Shown here: piece by piece, positions 13,301 through 25,499 of the stretch
How the letters are laid out: every line of letters starts with the position of its first letter
How positions within the stretch are numbered: position 1 is the first letter of the stretch
Assembly (NCBI GenBank): GCA_020184695.1
Contig: JAANOX010000213.1
Coordinates: forward strand, 1,931-65,930
Direction of reading: 5' to 3'
DNA from: Histomonas meleagridis 2922-C6/04-290x
Taxonomy: Eukaryota; Protista; Parabasalia
Length of the DNA stretch: 64,000 nt
The notes under the pieces: model-generated
Database searches by the model: none
Told to the model about the DNA's origin: nothing
What the model saw: the letters and a program-made list of their open reading frames with translations, nothing else
Program-made: the position numbers and the translations under genes

Positions 13301-16300
13301 GGAATTTGATACGTCAAAATATAACTCATATAGAGATAACGGCTACATTTACTATTTGAAAATTGAATCACAAAAATTAGAGAAAAAGGTTGAAATAAAA
13401 TTTGAAAATTCAACTAATAAATACAATAACTTTAATTATACAGCTAAAATTTTCGACTATATACGTAACACTTGGAATGAAATAAATATTAAATCATCAA
13501 GTTTACCAAATGCTCCTGTTGTAACGCCATTTAATTATTCTAATCTCAAATCGTATATTAAAATTCAATATTATGAGAAAGATATTTCTGTCAATATTAG
13601 TGGAATAAATTATGTTCATTGTTGTGAAATTGGAGAATTTGTTGAATACCAAAATATGCCATTTGCTTTCCCAAAAAATAAAACCTGGAGCACAAAAGTT
13701 TATTATACCCCACTGATTGGATATGATTCCAATTACCAATGGTTTCCTACATTTTCAATATATCCAGAAATAAATGAATTAAATGAATTAGAAGTTACAT
13801 TAGACAACATTGAAAATGCATTTTCAAGCTTAATTGGAAAAGCTGTATATAATAACAAACTCAAACAAAGAGATTTTATTCGTTTTATTTTACTTTTTAA
13901 TTATCAAGAAGTTATTTTTAATATCGAAAAATTCATTGATAAATTACCAATTGAACTTCAAAATATTACAAAAGATTTAATTCCTTATTATGTTGATATC
14001 AACAATCCAATTTTAGAAGTATATAAATATAATGCAATTATTCGTTTTTATAAAATATTTAAACAGAAATATGAAACATTAAAGCAACGAGAATTTTATC
14101 TTTATCCAAGTATTGAATAGGAGTAGCTAAGGAAATAATGAAAGAATTATATAATAAATATATTCATTTTGATGATCAAGCAATTTATAAGCAAATTAAT
14201 ATCGATTATGATAATAAATATGAAAAAGAAAAACAGAATTTCAATTTATTAAAAAATCAAATTACTCATTATAAATCTGATGAAATTAGTTCAAAATGTT
14301 ATTTAATTAATGAATTTAAAGAATCAATAAAGAAAAATAATCTTAATGAACGAAAAATTATTAAGCGAGAGAATATTGGACAAAATATATCATCCGATAT
14401 AAATTGTTTTAATTTTGATTTACTTTCAATAACAATTCCAGAAGATATAAATAATGAATCAATATCATCATTAATACAATTATATTCTTCATGTATCCAA
14501 GGCACACGAATATTACCAATTTATATTCGGAATCTAAAAATATCTAAACAAGATTTCCTACCAGCGGAAGAATATTATTCAAAACTATTACAAATATATC
14601 GAAACTTACCAGAAACAGATCATTCATTTTTATCTATATATGTAAATACATTTTGTGAAGCATTTAAATTATTAACAAGTAAATTAAAGAAAGCAGGTGT
14701 TAACTTTAATTATCTTAATTTACCAAATAATACAATTTTTGATTCACAAAATTTATCACAAGATTTCATTCAATATCCTCATGAATGTCAAATTCCTCAA
14801 ATACAAAAGAATTGGACAACAACATTTGACAAAAATATAATAAAACATAATCAATTTGATATGTTTAATCAATCAAGTAATCAAATTCTTGCTAATGATC
14901 AATATGAAAATAATGATCAATTACCAGAAATTCCAAATGCACAAAAAACAGATGAAAATTCGATTTTTGTTGAACAACAAAATATTGATAAAATTGATAA
15001 TATTCAATATCAATATGTAATTACAAGTATGCAAAATCTTCTTCAAAAGAAAAAGAAAATGAAAGTGATATAGAAACTGAAACAGAAAGTGATAAAGAAG
15101 AAAAAGAAGAAAACAATGAAAATGTAAAAGCATATCTTTTAATTAAAGAAGAATCTAAAATGCGTGAAATTAGTAGTCAAAAATTTGATGGGATGATTTC
15201 TCAATTTACAGAAGAAGAAGGAATTGAACGAGCAATTAAACGTATGGAAGAAATGACTAACGTAAAAGATGATAATATAATTACACGACAACAAGGTTAT
15301 GATATTCAAAGTGATTTAAACAAACCCAATATAAATAAATTCCCAATTCAAACTCTTATCCAACAAAGTTATTATCTTAGCGCACCATTTATTCAAGCTG
15401 CAACTGATACAATTGTTCCATATTCGAATATTTGCGTTTGCATTTTAGTTGATTGTAGTTCATTTATTTCTGATGAAAACAAAATCTTTAATATGTTAAT
15501 AATTTGTGCATTAACTTCAGCACTTAATTCATTAGAAATTCCTTATTCAGTATCATTAATTGCTGATGAGAAATTTAAATGTGTTATTAAACCATTTGAA
15601 GAAGAACATTCATATATTGCATTACAAAGAATTCTTGATTGTTTATTAATTAAAAGATATCGAACGAATTTAATTCATTCAGTTAAATTTGCAATGGAAA
15701 CAATTCCAAAATCTATACTTGAAAAAAACCAAATGTTTCATTTTTCACATTTACTGATGGATTAGATGAAAATCTGATAAGAACTAAAGTATGGTCAAGT
15801 CTTTTATCTAATCCTAATTATTCATTTGGGTTTATATTTATTAAATCTAATAAATTAATTGGAGAAAAATTAACATTTGTTGAAGATGTATGGAAAAAAT
15901 TCGAAAGTGAAACAAAGAAATTTGGCGCAGAATCAACAATAAAGATAACATCAATTGATGCAGAGATTAATAGTCAGACCAATAAATCATTAGTCAATTT
16001 ATTCATGAATATAATTAAACGTGAAGATGATCAAAATTCACAATTAGGATATAAAGAAATCACATTATCTAAATTTGCAGAAAATGTGCCAGAATTAAAA
16101 GATTTAACAAGTTTCGAGAAACTTATTCAATCAGCTAATTATGATGTATTTAAAGACATTTATTCAAGTAGAACAGATGTATTAAATAAAGTAAATAATA
16201 GATTTAGTAAAGTAGAAATGGCACATTATCGACAAAAAGCAAATAGAATTAATTGTATCTCAAAGAAAACTGATAAAAAAGAACTTGATGCATTTATGCA

Positions 16301-18863
16301 TACATTTATTAAGAATAAAAGAAATCATAATTCTTCTTTAGAAACGATATTTAAACCAAATAAAGCATCTCAAACAGTTTTATCTTCAACAGGTACAGAT
16401 TTTGATATAACAGCATTAATATTAAATATAATAAATCCAGTACCAGATCCATTAATTTATTTAGTAGAAAAAGGAGGATTAATACGTAATTATGGTGTAA
16501 CTATTATTATTGATCCATCAATTTCATGTTTTAGTGAACTTAATGGTGCACATACACTTCAAACAATTCAAAGTCTTTTATCAGTATTTACAATTCTTGA
16601 TTTACCAAGTTTTGATTTAATTATTGCAGGTTCACCAACACCAAATATATTATGTTCTGGTGTAAGTACATTTGGAGCATTAAATAATAAATCACCAGTA
16701 TGGGAATCATTATTTGCATTTTTACAAAATAACGAAAGAAATGTTGATTTAGCTTCAGCTATTCATGCAGCTTTAGATCTTAGAAGAATTAAATCAGCGG
16801 ATTATTCAAGTATATTATTTGTAATTACTGACGGTTTATATCAAGAAAATGAACATAAACGAATTCTTGAACAAGTTAATTCTTGTGTTCAAATTGGTAT
16901 TAATACAATTGGTATAGGTGTAGGTATATATCCTAAAGGAATTACTAATTTATTCCCACAAGTAGTTTATTCACCAAATCCTTCATTGTTATTTAATGGA
17001 ATAGCTTCTATATTTGGTGATGATATAATAGAAAAACTTGATCAAGTTCTACTAATACAAAATTCAATACCTAAATCAGATACATTAAATGAAATATTTA
17101 AAGATATAATTTCAAATCAAGATAAACCTACATTCTCTGATCTTAAAAATGAATTACATGAAATACCACCTGCACTTGATGCATTTTCTGATTTTTATAA
17201 TGAAGAACAAGATGTAGGAAATGCAGATAAAGGTTTCGTTAATCCAACTGAAAAGAATACTCAAATGTATGTGAAAGATTTCTTAAAAGGACAAAAGATA
17301 TTAATAGTAATGTTATGGTCAAATGAATTAAGTCCGAAAGAAAGAGAATTTGTTAATCGTAAATATATATTTCAATCATCTGAAAAAGGTTATTCTGAAT
17401 GTATCAAAACAGCTGTAGATCATTTTGGAATTGAACTTGTAGTAGTTATAAATTATTATGATGCAATTATTGAATTAACAAAACAAACTAAACCTGGATA
17501 TTGCGATTATTATGCTGTATGGGTATTTTGTGGCCCACCTTATTGTATTTTACCTAAACAAGATAACCCACATGCAGATCCTAATTTAGTTGGACAATTT
17601 AATGAAGTATTAATTCAATATTGGCAAAATGGTGGCTCAATAGTATTTTGGGCTGAAGGAGATCCACTTCATTATCAAGTTAATTTATTCCTTGAAACAG
17701 CTAAATTTTATGAGTTAGGTAATAAATGTGTTGAATTTAGAGTTGGTGGTGAACATATCGGTAAGAAAATATTATTAGGTGATGAAACAGGAAAATTATC
17801 TAAAAATCAAACGTTTAATAGAAGTCCTCAATTCTTTAATAAAATCACAAGAACTTCATTAGCACATAACATTGGTAAAATATTTGAAGGAATTACTATA
17901 TCATTTGTTGAAAGCACTGGAAATATAACACCATTCCAACCATTTTCACGTGATTCAGATGGAGGAATTAGTTCATTATATTATCCAAGTAATACATCAA
18001 TCGGAAACGGTGATATAATCATCGATTGTGGTTATACAAAATGTTTCACAGAAATAAGAACAGATGGAACATTTAGATACATACAAAACATTGCTGGTTG
18101 GACAGCACGACCTGAAGTACACATCAGAACAAATCCAGGAATAAAACCCAATGAATGGAGGCCAAAAGCTGTATATTATAATATACAATTGGGTGTTAAA
18201 TGGAATAAATTCGAAAAAGGTTATTTTGGATCATTTGATATCATTTATATGGTCGATGCAACTGGATCAATGGGAGATTATATTACAGCTGCTAAAAATG
18301 AATGTATTAATATATCAAATGAATTAAAAGTGAAATTACCGAATGTAGATTTCCAATTCGGAGGTATATTTTATCGTGATCCTGTTGATTCGAGTTCTGA
18401 TGTACATCAATACTTTAATCTTTCATATGATGTTGTCGGATTACAAAGACAAATCGGTACCGTTAAAGCTGATGGAGGTGGAGACGGTCCCGAAGATTGG
18501 GTCGGAGCATATACAATTGCATTAAACAATATCAGATGGAGAGATGGAATAAAATTAATAATACACATTGCAGATGCTCCTGCACATGGAAAAGCATATG
18601 GAGGTGATACTAAGCATCAAGTTGAAGAAGCGAAATTAAAACCATTAGTACAAAGATGCGCACAAAGAGGAATTAAAATTATCGGAATGTATATTAATAA
18701 TTATGCTTTGCCATCTTATAACCAATGCCAAACAGAATATAATACGATGTCGAATCCTGATATGATGTACAAAATTCAGGAATTTAGGGCTGGTTCGGAT
18801 ATTTCTGCATACTTCAAAGAAGCTGTTGTTACAGCTGCAATAGCCGCCGCTGCGAAAGAATAA
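1340..18863 (+). CDS. Giant midasin-like protein (pseudokinase-Sel1-6xAAA-linker-acidic tract-VWA-VWA-GATase-like-VWA), split by frameshifts; 5' start uncertain
   Basis: Consecutive + strand ORFs 1619, 2114, 2845, 3158, 3470, 4049, 4391, 5457, 5937, 14138, 15160 and 16005 join by small frame changes into one continuous domain series; the final stop is at 18863. Confidence 0.75.
1370..2310 (+). other. N-terminal pseudokinase C-lobe followed by a Sel1-like repeat (domain of the giant gene)
   Basis: LHEKGIIHGRLTSFNIFI (HRD->HGR), ISDYM (DFG->DYM), YMASE, DVYAFGILM, LIDRCLNEVPESRPSFNEI; then LADRGNIDAMFLYG..IQKAANEGNEAA. Confidence 0.8.
2550..8200 (+). other. Six tandem MoxR/midasin-type AAA+ modules (domains of the giant gene)
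   Basis: Walker A: STETSKT (degenerate), AAA2 missing, GPTGAGKT, GNSG.KT, GKPGQGKQ, GGTASGKS. Walker B: LLDEINLA, VLDSVDEA, IADEMNLS, LILKNLSN, IVFHNINN, VLIDGIES. Sensor/arginine-finger segments such as FRLITTQNP..LSRF, FRLICT..LNRF and FRLIVTYNP. Confidence 0.85.
15420..17000 (+). other. Two tandem midasin/CobT-type VWA (MIDAS-like) domains
   Basis: ILVDCSSFIS...FTFTDGLDE (across the frameshift at the A run near 15722) and IIIDPSISCF...LFVITDGLYQ...TIGIGVG. Confidence 0.7.
18230..18863 (+). other. C-terminal VWA domain of the vwkA/alpha-kinase-associated type
   Basis: DIIYMVDATGSM, YRD, GGGDGPEDWVGA, IIHIADAPAHG. Confidence 0.85.
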
Positions 18864-19220
18864 ACCAAAAAAGTATCTGAATCATATTTGAAAGTCAAAA
18901 TAAAGAAAACATCAACTTTTATTTTGAATTTAATTTAATCGTACTTATGAGTTCATTTTTGATATTCAATTTTTTATAAAAATATTGTTTAAAAGGGTAC
19001 ATCAAAATTAAAAGTTTACACGACAAAATAAAACAAAGGAATATTATATTATAGCGATATTCTATAGAATTGGATACAGCAAATGAATTAAATAATAATT
19101 TACAACAAATTATACATGATAAAGATTTTCTAATACAAGCATTAGAGTTATAACTCATTATTTTCAATAATTCATTGATATATCAATAAATATTATTATA
19201 TAGATCTTAATGGAGCTTAT

Positions 19221-19493
19221 ATGTCTTCTGTAATATCAATACATCGCACCAATGAATTAGGTATGTTATTGATGGATCCTCAAATATATGAGCGTTTTAT
19301 TAATCATAAACATGATAACTATTTAATAAGTTCTGATTTAAATAATTATACAGGAATTACTTATCATGAAAATTTATTAGAAACTAATGAGGAGGAAGAG
19401 GATATTTACGAAATATATACTTTAATGAATCAAAATTCAAAAGTTAATGGAAGTATAGAAGTAAATTTCATTAATGATATACTTACCTGTTGA
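19221..19493 (+). pseudogene. Fragment of a viral fibre-like gene, homologous to 35880-36420 and 38188-39200
   Basis: Shares aatggaagtatag (NGSI.V/A) and TGI.Y..N...TNE-like segments with the other two copies. Confidence 0.4.
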
Positions 19494-19751
19494 TGATTTT
19501 TTTTAAAAAAATCATACTCATACGTTTGATTACTTAAACTTTAATGAGATTGATATATCAAATAATTTGTGGCAAAAAACAGCTTGAAAATAAGTTAATA
19601 ATAAGTGTGAAAATAATTTTTTATGCTTTTTATGATATTTATTCATTATATTTTCTCAAAATGAAAAAAAATAAACAGAGGTATTTTTTCATTTTGAAAT
19701 TTTTTGGTTCTGTTATTTAAAAATTACATTTATTTTTATTGTATAAAAATA

Positions 19752-20850
19752 ATGATGACTCAAGAATTCGCAATTAATAATATTGATTTTGATGATGAAC
19801 TGATCAAATTTAATGATGAAAAACTACAAAAATTTTTAAATAATTTCTCGCCAGATTTTAATATATATATCGAATTATTAGCACCATTATATCACTAATC
19901 ATATAATGAAGATCTTTTAAGAGAAAACTTAATAAAATGGTATTCTAAAGGAGAACATCAACATGATATAGAAACTTCTATATATATTATATATAATATA
20001 TCAAATAATTATTATTAAAAAGAGTATAATAATAAATGGTCTTTTTCATTAGTTAAACATTTACCAGAATATATTAAAATTGAGTATTTAAATAAATATA
20101 CAAATTATATTGATACGACTATAAATATTAATAATAGTGATCGGACTTTTGAAAAATTAATTTCAAAAAGTTATTCTATAAATGATATTAATAAATCATT
20201 AAATGATAAAAGGGGTGTTATGAGTTCTGTTGAATCAAGAGTTCACATCAAAAAAATCAAAAATGATCCATTATATATTAAAGAAACTTCATTATCTAAG
20301 ATTAGAGGAGAATTTAGTTTATATAAGTTTATCAGATTTAATGACGAAATCACATTATATCAAATTCTATATAGATATTTTGAATACTTCATTTATAGAT
20401 AAGCTAAAATAATGACAAAAAATGATAATGAAGATACTATTATTAATATCTTCCAAGGATTTGAGTATAATGAATCTGTTAGTAATGATTTCACAATATT
20501 AGAACCATTATTTAAATCATATTAAAAATATCATATAGTTGATAATTATCGAAAATTTATATATGGTATCGAATCATATTATATCAAAGTTGATGATTAT
20601 TATAATTCCATTGTGTTAGCTAGAAAATTAATTTCAACTTGCCATCTTTATAGAATTACGTTAATGTATTAAAACAATACCTAAAAATTATTGATGAACA
20701 TAGTGAATCATATACTTATACAATAGTAAATAAAAATCAAGTCAGAATATATATATATTAAAACCACGTGAGCAGATACCTGATTTATATAATATTATAT
20801 AATATTTTAGATTAAAAATCATATTCTGATAAAATATCAGAAGATGAAGT
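19752..20850 (+). pseudogene. Decayed ORF, possibly a viral primase/helicase N-terminal region
   Basis: A long reading frame with scattered stops (ELLAPLYH*SYNEDLLRENLIKWYSKGEHQHD...) loosely recalls PriCT-type helices. The family assignment is weak. Confidence 0.25.
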
Positions 20851-22784
20851 AGATGAGGATGATATATCAGTTAACTTATAAATTTATAAAATATATATTG
20901 GGTATCTTTTTACAGCACAGTGTTCTGCAGCACAGTAAACCGATAGAACGTTTTGGTTGGTTTAAAACGTTTATGTACATATATATACATTCATTGCATT
21001 CTGAAATAGAACTTAATTGTCCCTATATTCAATAAATTTAATGAAAACTCTGTATAGACATGGTTTCTTACGACACAAGGGTATAGTATGAATCTAAATT
21101 TCAATGTTTTATGACTAAATAAAAGACAAATTATTTTTAAATTTATATAGATTGATTAAAATGATTATATTGAATATATAAAAAATCAGTAATAATTAAT
21201 TGGTGAATATTTTCCCCACACTAAATTTATACATATTGTAGTATCGAACATCAACCATAATAAACCTGATAACATCACCACCGTTTATATAACCGTCCAT
21301 ATTTGAAAGTAAAACAATCTATCGGTTTTTTGATAAAATATGACTGATAATTAAATACTATATTAAAATCAAATGAAAAATATTGTTCTATTACAACATT
21401 CATATAAATTTTTTAAAGATATGGTTTTGAAAAAGAAGAAATTGAAGAAGAAAAAGGAAAGGAAGAAAATTAATAAAAATGATGAATAAATAATCATGAA
21501 AACAAAATTCAATATTGAAATTAATACGAGAAATTTAATTTAATAATGTGATAACATATTTTCTGAAATAAATTTAGAATTCTGAAAAATAAGAGAGAGA
21601 AAAAACAAATAACTCAAAACGCATTAAAAAACACATCAAAAAAATTGAATTCAAATCGATAAAATTGCATCCAATTTAAAAAATAAATTAAATATTATAA
21701 TGAATAGAGGGGTGGATATAAGTGATAAAACATAATTAAATCAAATATATTATTCCAAAATAGATCGAAAATAACCAATTAAGAGATATTGAAAATTTGA
21801 AGTCAAAAATTTCAAATGCAATTTGTTAACACATTTCAATAAATATTAATATTATACTCTGTTTATATAATTTATACATCCATGTAATTTATTTTATGAA
21901 TAATTAATTGAATTTAATTTATATAATTATATTTTAAATATATTTCAAAACCGATTTTCTTATTCTAACTTTTATGCTTTTTTCGATGGATTTTAATCGT
22001 ATTTTTAGAATTCAAACAACATTATGTAAATAAATAGAGATAATTACAAAATATAAACCCAAGTATAAAGCTAAGATAATTTATTAATTATAATTTTGTA
22101 TTATCGAAGAATTCGAATTTTTGAATTTGAAATGAATAGAACTTTATGGATAACTAATAAAAATTAAAAACAGTTAAATATTTATTTATATATTAGGATT
22201 TGTAAAAATGTAATAAAACGATTTTTTCATATAAAATTTAATTATCTGTTATATTTTACCAATAATCTTAATATATCAATAAATAAATAGTACATCATTA
22301 GGTAGAAATATTGTTTATTTTTAATCGTAAGTATTGCATTCAATCACCGAGATTTCTTGTAAAAAAAAAAATTTCAGGGAGACCGTTTATACTGTACCCT
22401 TTAAAAAAATGAATAATAAGATAAGAAAAAAAAAAAAATAAAAAAAGAATAAAATTGATAAAAAAATGAATCAAATTATAATATATGGGAGCTCGCTGGT
22501 TGACATGATATAGTAAAAATGGCCAGCTCGAACAATAAGTAGGAAAAAGTGCACAAGTAAATCATTTAATTCGACAATGAAACTTTTTCTAATTATAAAG
22601 TTTTCAATATTGAATGACGATACATGTAAAGAATAAACATCAGAAAAAATAACCAAAATTTTCTAGGAAAAACTGGGAGCCGCTCCGATAGATAAAATTG
22701 AATGATAATTTTTGAGAAGATATTACGGTTAGAGTGTCAACCGTCTGTTTTGTTCTTATACATCATAACAAAATATAAAAATAG

Positions 22785-23060
22785 CAACATAAGATTAACA
22801 ATATTAGAATAAAAATACAAGAATAACAATATAAGAATAACAATATAAGAATAACAATATAAGATTAACAACATAAGAATAACAATATAAGATTAACAAT
22901 ATAAGATTAACAATATAAAAATAAAAATATAAGAATAACAATATATAAATGAAAATATAAGAACAACAATATCAGATTAACAATATAAGAACAATACAAA
23001 AGAAGATTAATACAATAAGATTAACAATATAAAAATAAAAATATAATAAGAATAACATAA
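22785..23060. repeat. Minisatellite, 14-bp unit AACAATATAAGA(A/T)T, about 20 degenerate copies
   Basis: Directly visible tandem units, e.g. aacaatataagaat aacaatataagaat aacaatataagatt. Confidence 0.92.
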
Positions 23061-23122
23061 TATGAATAGCACAATGAGATTAATAACATATAATTAATAT
23101 AATGTAATGTTGCTAATTTGGA

Positions 23123-23153
23123 ATATTTTTTTTGCCCAGGGCAAAAAAAATAT
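23123..23153. repeat. Perfect inverted repeat, 15-bp arms around 1 nt
   Basis: atattttttttgccc-a-gggcaaaaaaaatat. Confidence 0.85.
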
Positions 23154-24256
23154 CCCATAATCATTTGAGATTTCTGTAAAAAACAAAAAATGTGGTGTGT
23201 CAAAAAACGTCAATGATACCTGACAATTTCTTTAATAAAAAGTTTGAATGTTATATAAGTATATAACACTGAATATGTAATATTTAAAAATATTGTTTCA
23301 TTATGTTTGAATATATTGAGATATTCTTAATTCTTTTATTTTTTGATTCAATAGTTTATGTAATTTTTGAGTTCAAAATGATCGACTTCTTTCAAATACA
23401 TCTGTTAATATCAATAGGGAAATATGTCTCAATTACTTCTATTTTGATTACTATAATTCCGAGTAATGATGTAATTTTGAAATTATGGGTTGATTTTCAG
23501 ATTATCGAGTTGCCAAATCCAAAATTCATCATAATATAATGATGAAATTCCCGAATTTTTCGGTGTCATTATTGAATTAGACATACCAATTTTTCTATGA
23601 CTGTCATATGTCATTCGTTTTGATGGAATCAATTAGTATAATGAGTTGAGTGTCACAGGTAATTCGTTTGATGGGACGATCGTAAATTTCAATATCATTC
23701 AATTAGCCCGGAGCTTTACCAAAGCGGCTGTATTCAAATTTGAATAATAATACGACCAAAAATCACTCAATTAGCCCGTATCGTTGCCCAAAACAGTTAT
23801 ATTCAGAAAATCATGTCCGATACAGGAAAAACGGCTTTTGAGTTATCGTTGCAAAAAACATCGTCATGACTACGGTTTATACAAAAATTAAAATTAAAAG
23901 TGAAGGTTTGAATTCAAACAGTAAAATTATGGTGAGGAAAAGTGAACTGAGATGATATCATTTTCGATATAAGATATTGAATTCGGCATTACTTATTGGG
24001 TTAGGTTTTCATTATCCCTGTAGAAATGGGAAAAACTAGCATCATTAAAATAATAATAATAATCAAATTACATATAAAATATTCCTCAATCGTTGTTAAT
24101 TATAAAAAATAAATGGTATATGTCAAAATGTTGTTAAAAAGTGACATTCAAATTATATAAAATATTCAAAATGATAAAAATTATTTTTTGTTATTATTAT
24201 TTCAATATCAAAAAATTACATTATTGGTAATAATGAAAATAATTCTCTTGTAGTTC

Positions 24257-24712
24257 ATTAAGAACAAGAAGAACTATCTGAAAAATGTTGTGGAAATCAA
24301 TGAATCACATATTAATTGTACATGTGGTCAAAACATTGTGTATGGATACCCATGTCCACACATTCTTTGTGTTATTCCGCATACAAATTTAATCCATCCA
24401 CATTAAATAACTTCTGGGACATTCCCTTCTATGACTATTGATGCTGAATCACTTTCGAAGTTAGATAATTTTGATATAAAAATAGAACGACAAATAATTG
24501 AAAAAAATCGAAATGAAATTGATATTAGTCTTGGAAATCAAAGTAGATATTGCAAGATTGCATGTCTTATAAAGCAACTTGCCAGAATTGGCTCGCTTGC
24601 TTCTGATTTCGACTATTGTGACATCGTTTTTCATATGTCAAGACTTCTATCCACAAAATCATCACCAGTGATTGCATCGAATGAACCTGAAATGGCGGTC
24701 CCACAAAAGTAA
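24257..24712 (+). mobile_element. SWIM zinc-finger remnant, probably the C-terminus of a Mutator-like (MULE) transposase
   Basis: INCTCGQNIVYGYPCPHILCV (CxC..CxH) at 24317-24370, in frame with ORF 24431-24712 across one TAA. Confidence 0.7.
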
Positions 24713-24796
24713 GGATATAAAAGAATAGTAAACTTGCGAAAATAAATCGGCATTGAGGAAACTATATAATACAGACCGTATATTATTAGGTACATT

Positions 24797-25050
24797 ATGA
24801 ACAATGCCGAGAACATAAGCAACCTTTACAAACAAGGATTCAGCCAAATACAAATAGCAGGGATAATATCCCAACATGTTGGAACTCATCGAGTTGCTGA
24901 TACAATTCGACAGTTTACCTCAACGAATGAAATTCCAAAAGAATCAAAACGTGGAAGGCCTTAAGTAATTAATAATCAAATAAAGAAATATATAGAAATC
25001 AAAACACTTAAAGACGCATCATGAATTGGTAAAAAAAATCGAACGTAAGA
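24797..25050 (+). mobile_element. Tc1-like transposase N-terminal HTH fragment
   Basis: NISNLYKQGFSQIQIAGII...VADTIRQFTSTNEIPKESKRGRP, a paired-like HTH ending in the GRP motif. Confidence 0.65.
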
Positions 25051-25071
25051 TGATGAATTAGAATGCATGTA

Positions 25072-25479
25072 TCATTCATACCTTGCGTTATGAACGTCTT
25101 GAATCTTGTCAGTGTTTGAATGAATTCTGTATTGATCTATAGCATCGCATGAACATTTATATCCGACATTATATTCTTTGAATAAAAAATTTGATTGTGA
25201 CGGAACGGTAATTGGTACTTCTTGTTCAAAAGTAATATATGAATTATTTAAACCAATAATCTTAAATCTATCCGTGAATATGTCAATGTATGTTGTATCT
25301 CCTTCGTTAATGTCTCCAACATTGCCGTAAGAAGTAGCGGTCGTGTATTCATAATTTCCAGAAATAATATCAAAAGCTTTAACCGCTTCATCGACTTCAT
25401 TATACCAATCTTGAAAATTTCCAGTCATTGCATCAATAACATTTGGTTGTTGTATTCCGATTTGTGCTTGACTTTTCAT
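25072..25479 (-). pseudogene. Polinton/Maverick-like major capsid protein, N-terminal fragment
   Basis: EGDTTYIDIFTDRFKIIGLNNSYITFEQEVPI...GYKCSCDAIDQYRIHSN..IQ.....YE fits my recollection of the Polinton MCP start (G..I.F.I....DL.NS.L...SLF..V.V..N...Y). It lies downstream of virus-like core genes. Confidence 0.55.
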
Positions 25480-25499
25480 TGCTTTTTTTGTATACTCAC

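Noticed and set aside
20914-21330. cagcacagt direct repeat and an inverted aaaccgataga pair as a MITE/hAT end
   Set aside because: Matches are only 9-11 bp and no TSD was found; not enough in AT-rich DNA.
23300-23780. Minus-strand LIDSIKTND as a MULE catalytic motif
   Set aside because: Too degenerate, and on the opposite strand to the SWIM fragment.
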